From Eledone cirrhosa (taxonomy: Eukaryota), in the NCBI GenBank assembly GCA_964016885.1, contig OZ024751.1, positions 11,594,001-11,658,000 of the forward strand: DNA of 64,000 bases. Direction: 5' to 3'. A program made the position numbers and the translations under genes. Positions 62,457 through 64,000 of this stretch are shown here, piece after piece (positions within the stretch are counted from its first letter, which is position 1; each line of letters begins with the position of its first letter). Under the pieces are notes generated by a model. It ran no database searches and was not told the origin of the DNA. It worked only from the letters and a program-made list of their open reading frames with translations.

Positions 62457-63150
62457 ATCTATGTTTTCATTATAGAACCTATATAGCACTATATTTTTAG
62501 TACTTTTTTATGTAACTTAATAAGGACTTGGGAGTTGTGACTATTGGTATTTTTGCATGTTCCAAGAGCAGCGAGAATGTTGCTGTTTTACACGGTTTAC
62601 TATCTAGTGAAGGCGTGTGGCTGAGTGGTTAGAGAATTGGATTCTCAATCGTAAGGTTGTGAGTTCGATTCCTGGACCAGCGATGCGTTATGTCCTTGGG
62701 CAAGACACTTTATTTCACGTTGCTCCTTCTACCTGGAGTTGCGACCGATAGATAGTATTAGCAATTGGAAAGACCAACGGAAACATTGTTCCCTCGGTCC
62801 GATTTGACGAAAGTCGATCGTTTCTAATAAAATACTATCTAACAATTCTTTTACATCCGTGTTTTCAACATAACACCTGTCGTACTATCATTTTAGTACT
62901 TTTTATGTACTCTATTAAGGGGTTGTAAATTCTGACACTGGGTTTTTCTACGTGTTCCAGGATCAGCGGGGATGATGCTGTATTATTCAGTTCAATCTGG
63001 AGCAATATATTTTCATCTATGTTTTCATTATAGTACCTGTCGTACTCTATGTTATTACTTTATTTTATGTAATTTAGTAAAGGGTTGTGAATTGTGACCA
63101 TTGGTGTTTTTATATGTTCTAAGAATAGCGAGAATGATGCTGTTCTATTC
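62457..63150. repeat. Degenerate 160-bp tandem repeat, 3 units, first interrupted by a SINE
   Basis: atctatgttttcattatag-like starts near 62457, 62855 and 63015. Confidence 0.75.
62607..62832 (+). mobile_element. tRNA-derived SINE, family 2, full length
   Basis: A/B boxes, CORE-like block, 9-bp TSD tactatcta at 62598-62606 and 62833-62841. Confidence 0.9.
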
Positions 63151-64000
63151 AGCTCAATCTTTTATTCAGCTCAATCTTTTATTCAGCTCAATCTTTAGCA
63201 TTTTGATGTCTATAGGAAAAATTGTGCAGGGGTTATGTGAATTGAATGGAGCTGAAAGGATTGGGTGTTGTTGCTGTGATGTTTGCGTTGGACACTTTAT
63301 AAGAGGAAATGCGACGAATGATTGAGAATGCACACGTGTTTGTGGCAAGACACCAGCCAGGTTCAAAGTACTAAGGTTTTGTAATAGAGAATATATAACA
63401 CGTCTGTATTTGAGAAGCTGCAGTGGCCTCATACCATTGTAGCAGGTAGCCTTTATTTCTGATGAGAACTAGAATACGTGTGTGTGTGTTCAGTAGCAAC
63501 TGCAGCAGTGTCCCATATTTGGGAGGAAGTACTTCATTGTTTATCTCATGTGAGCATTGTAGTTGGTTAGAAGTTGTGGGTGACTCAAATATATACTGTC
63601 TCTGAAAAAAAAGACTAGGTTTTTACAGTCCATTTATTTCTATAAGATATGTTCAGTTACATTAGGGCCTAGAATATGGAACGATTGTCAGAAATTCGGT
63701 TACCCGCGTTTGATTCGTTTGAAAATCAACTGAGTATTCAATGATAAGTGAAAACCAAATCTATTACCGAACGACTGACTCAGTTCATTTGGAGGATTGC
63801 TTCGTTTTCATTCACCCAATTGCTTTCACAAAGTTTGTGCTGACGCAGAACTATCATTAAAACACATTCTAACATATGTTATACAATGAGAACGATTGCA
63901 GAAACATTCAAGCATTAAAATAATGACTTGAAACGCAATGACACTTCTTACAGAAAAACAATATACATTGCTAACTAGCTTTAATTCTTTTTTGCTGACA

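Overview
Very AT-rich, microsatellite-saturated eukaryotic non-coding DNA. The repeat landscape and SINE families suggest a cephalopod such as an octopus (inference). I can support no host protein-coding gene; almost all ORFs in the track are translations of (TA)n, (TACA)n, (CA)n, (GA)n or triplet repeats. Recognisable mobile DNA: an internally deleted Penelope-like element (PLE), RTE LINE fragments (one with a twin-priming inversion), a GC-rich CRE-like LINE 3' end, a rearranged mariner, several MITEs and two tRNA-derived SINE families. The main signal is that the short unique islands between (TA)n tracts belong to at least seven families of small elements, most carrying type I hammerhead ribozyme (HHR) motifs. 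They sit in (TA)n as head-to-head palindromes, as a ~615-bp tandem dimer and as a ~488-bp circularly permuted monomer-plus. Their 5' ends or junctions map just downstream of the predicted cleavage site or inside HHR stem II, and one junction fuses two different families. This looks like a (TA)n-targeted PLE/retrozyme system that generates genomic hairpins. All folds and alignments were done by eye and need computational and biochemical confirmation.
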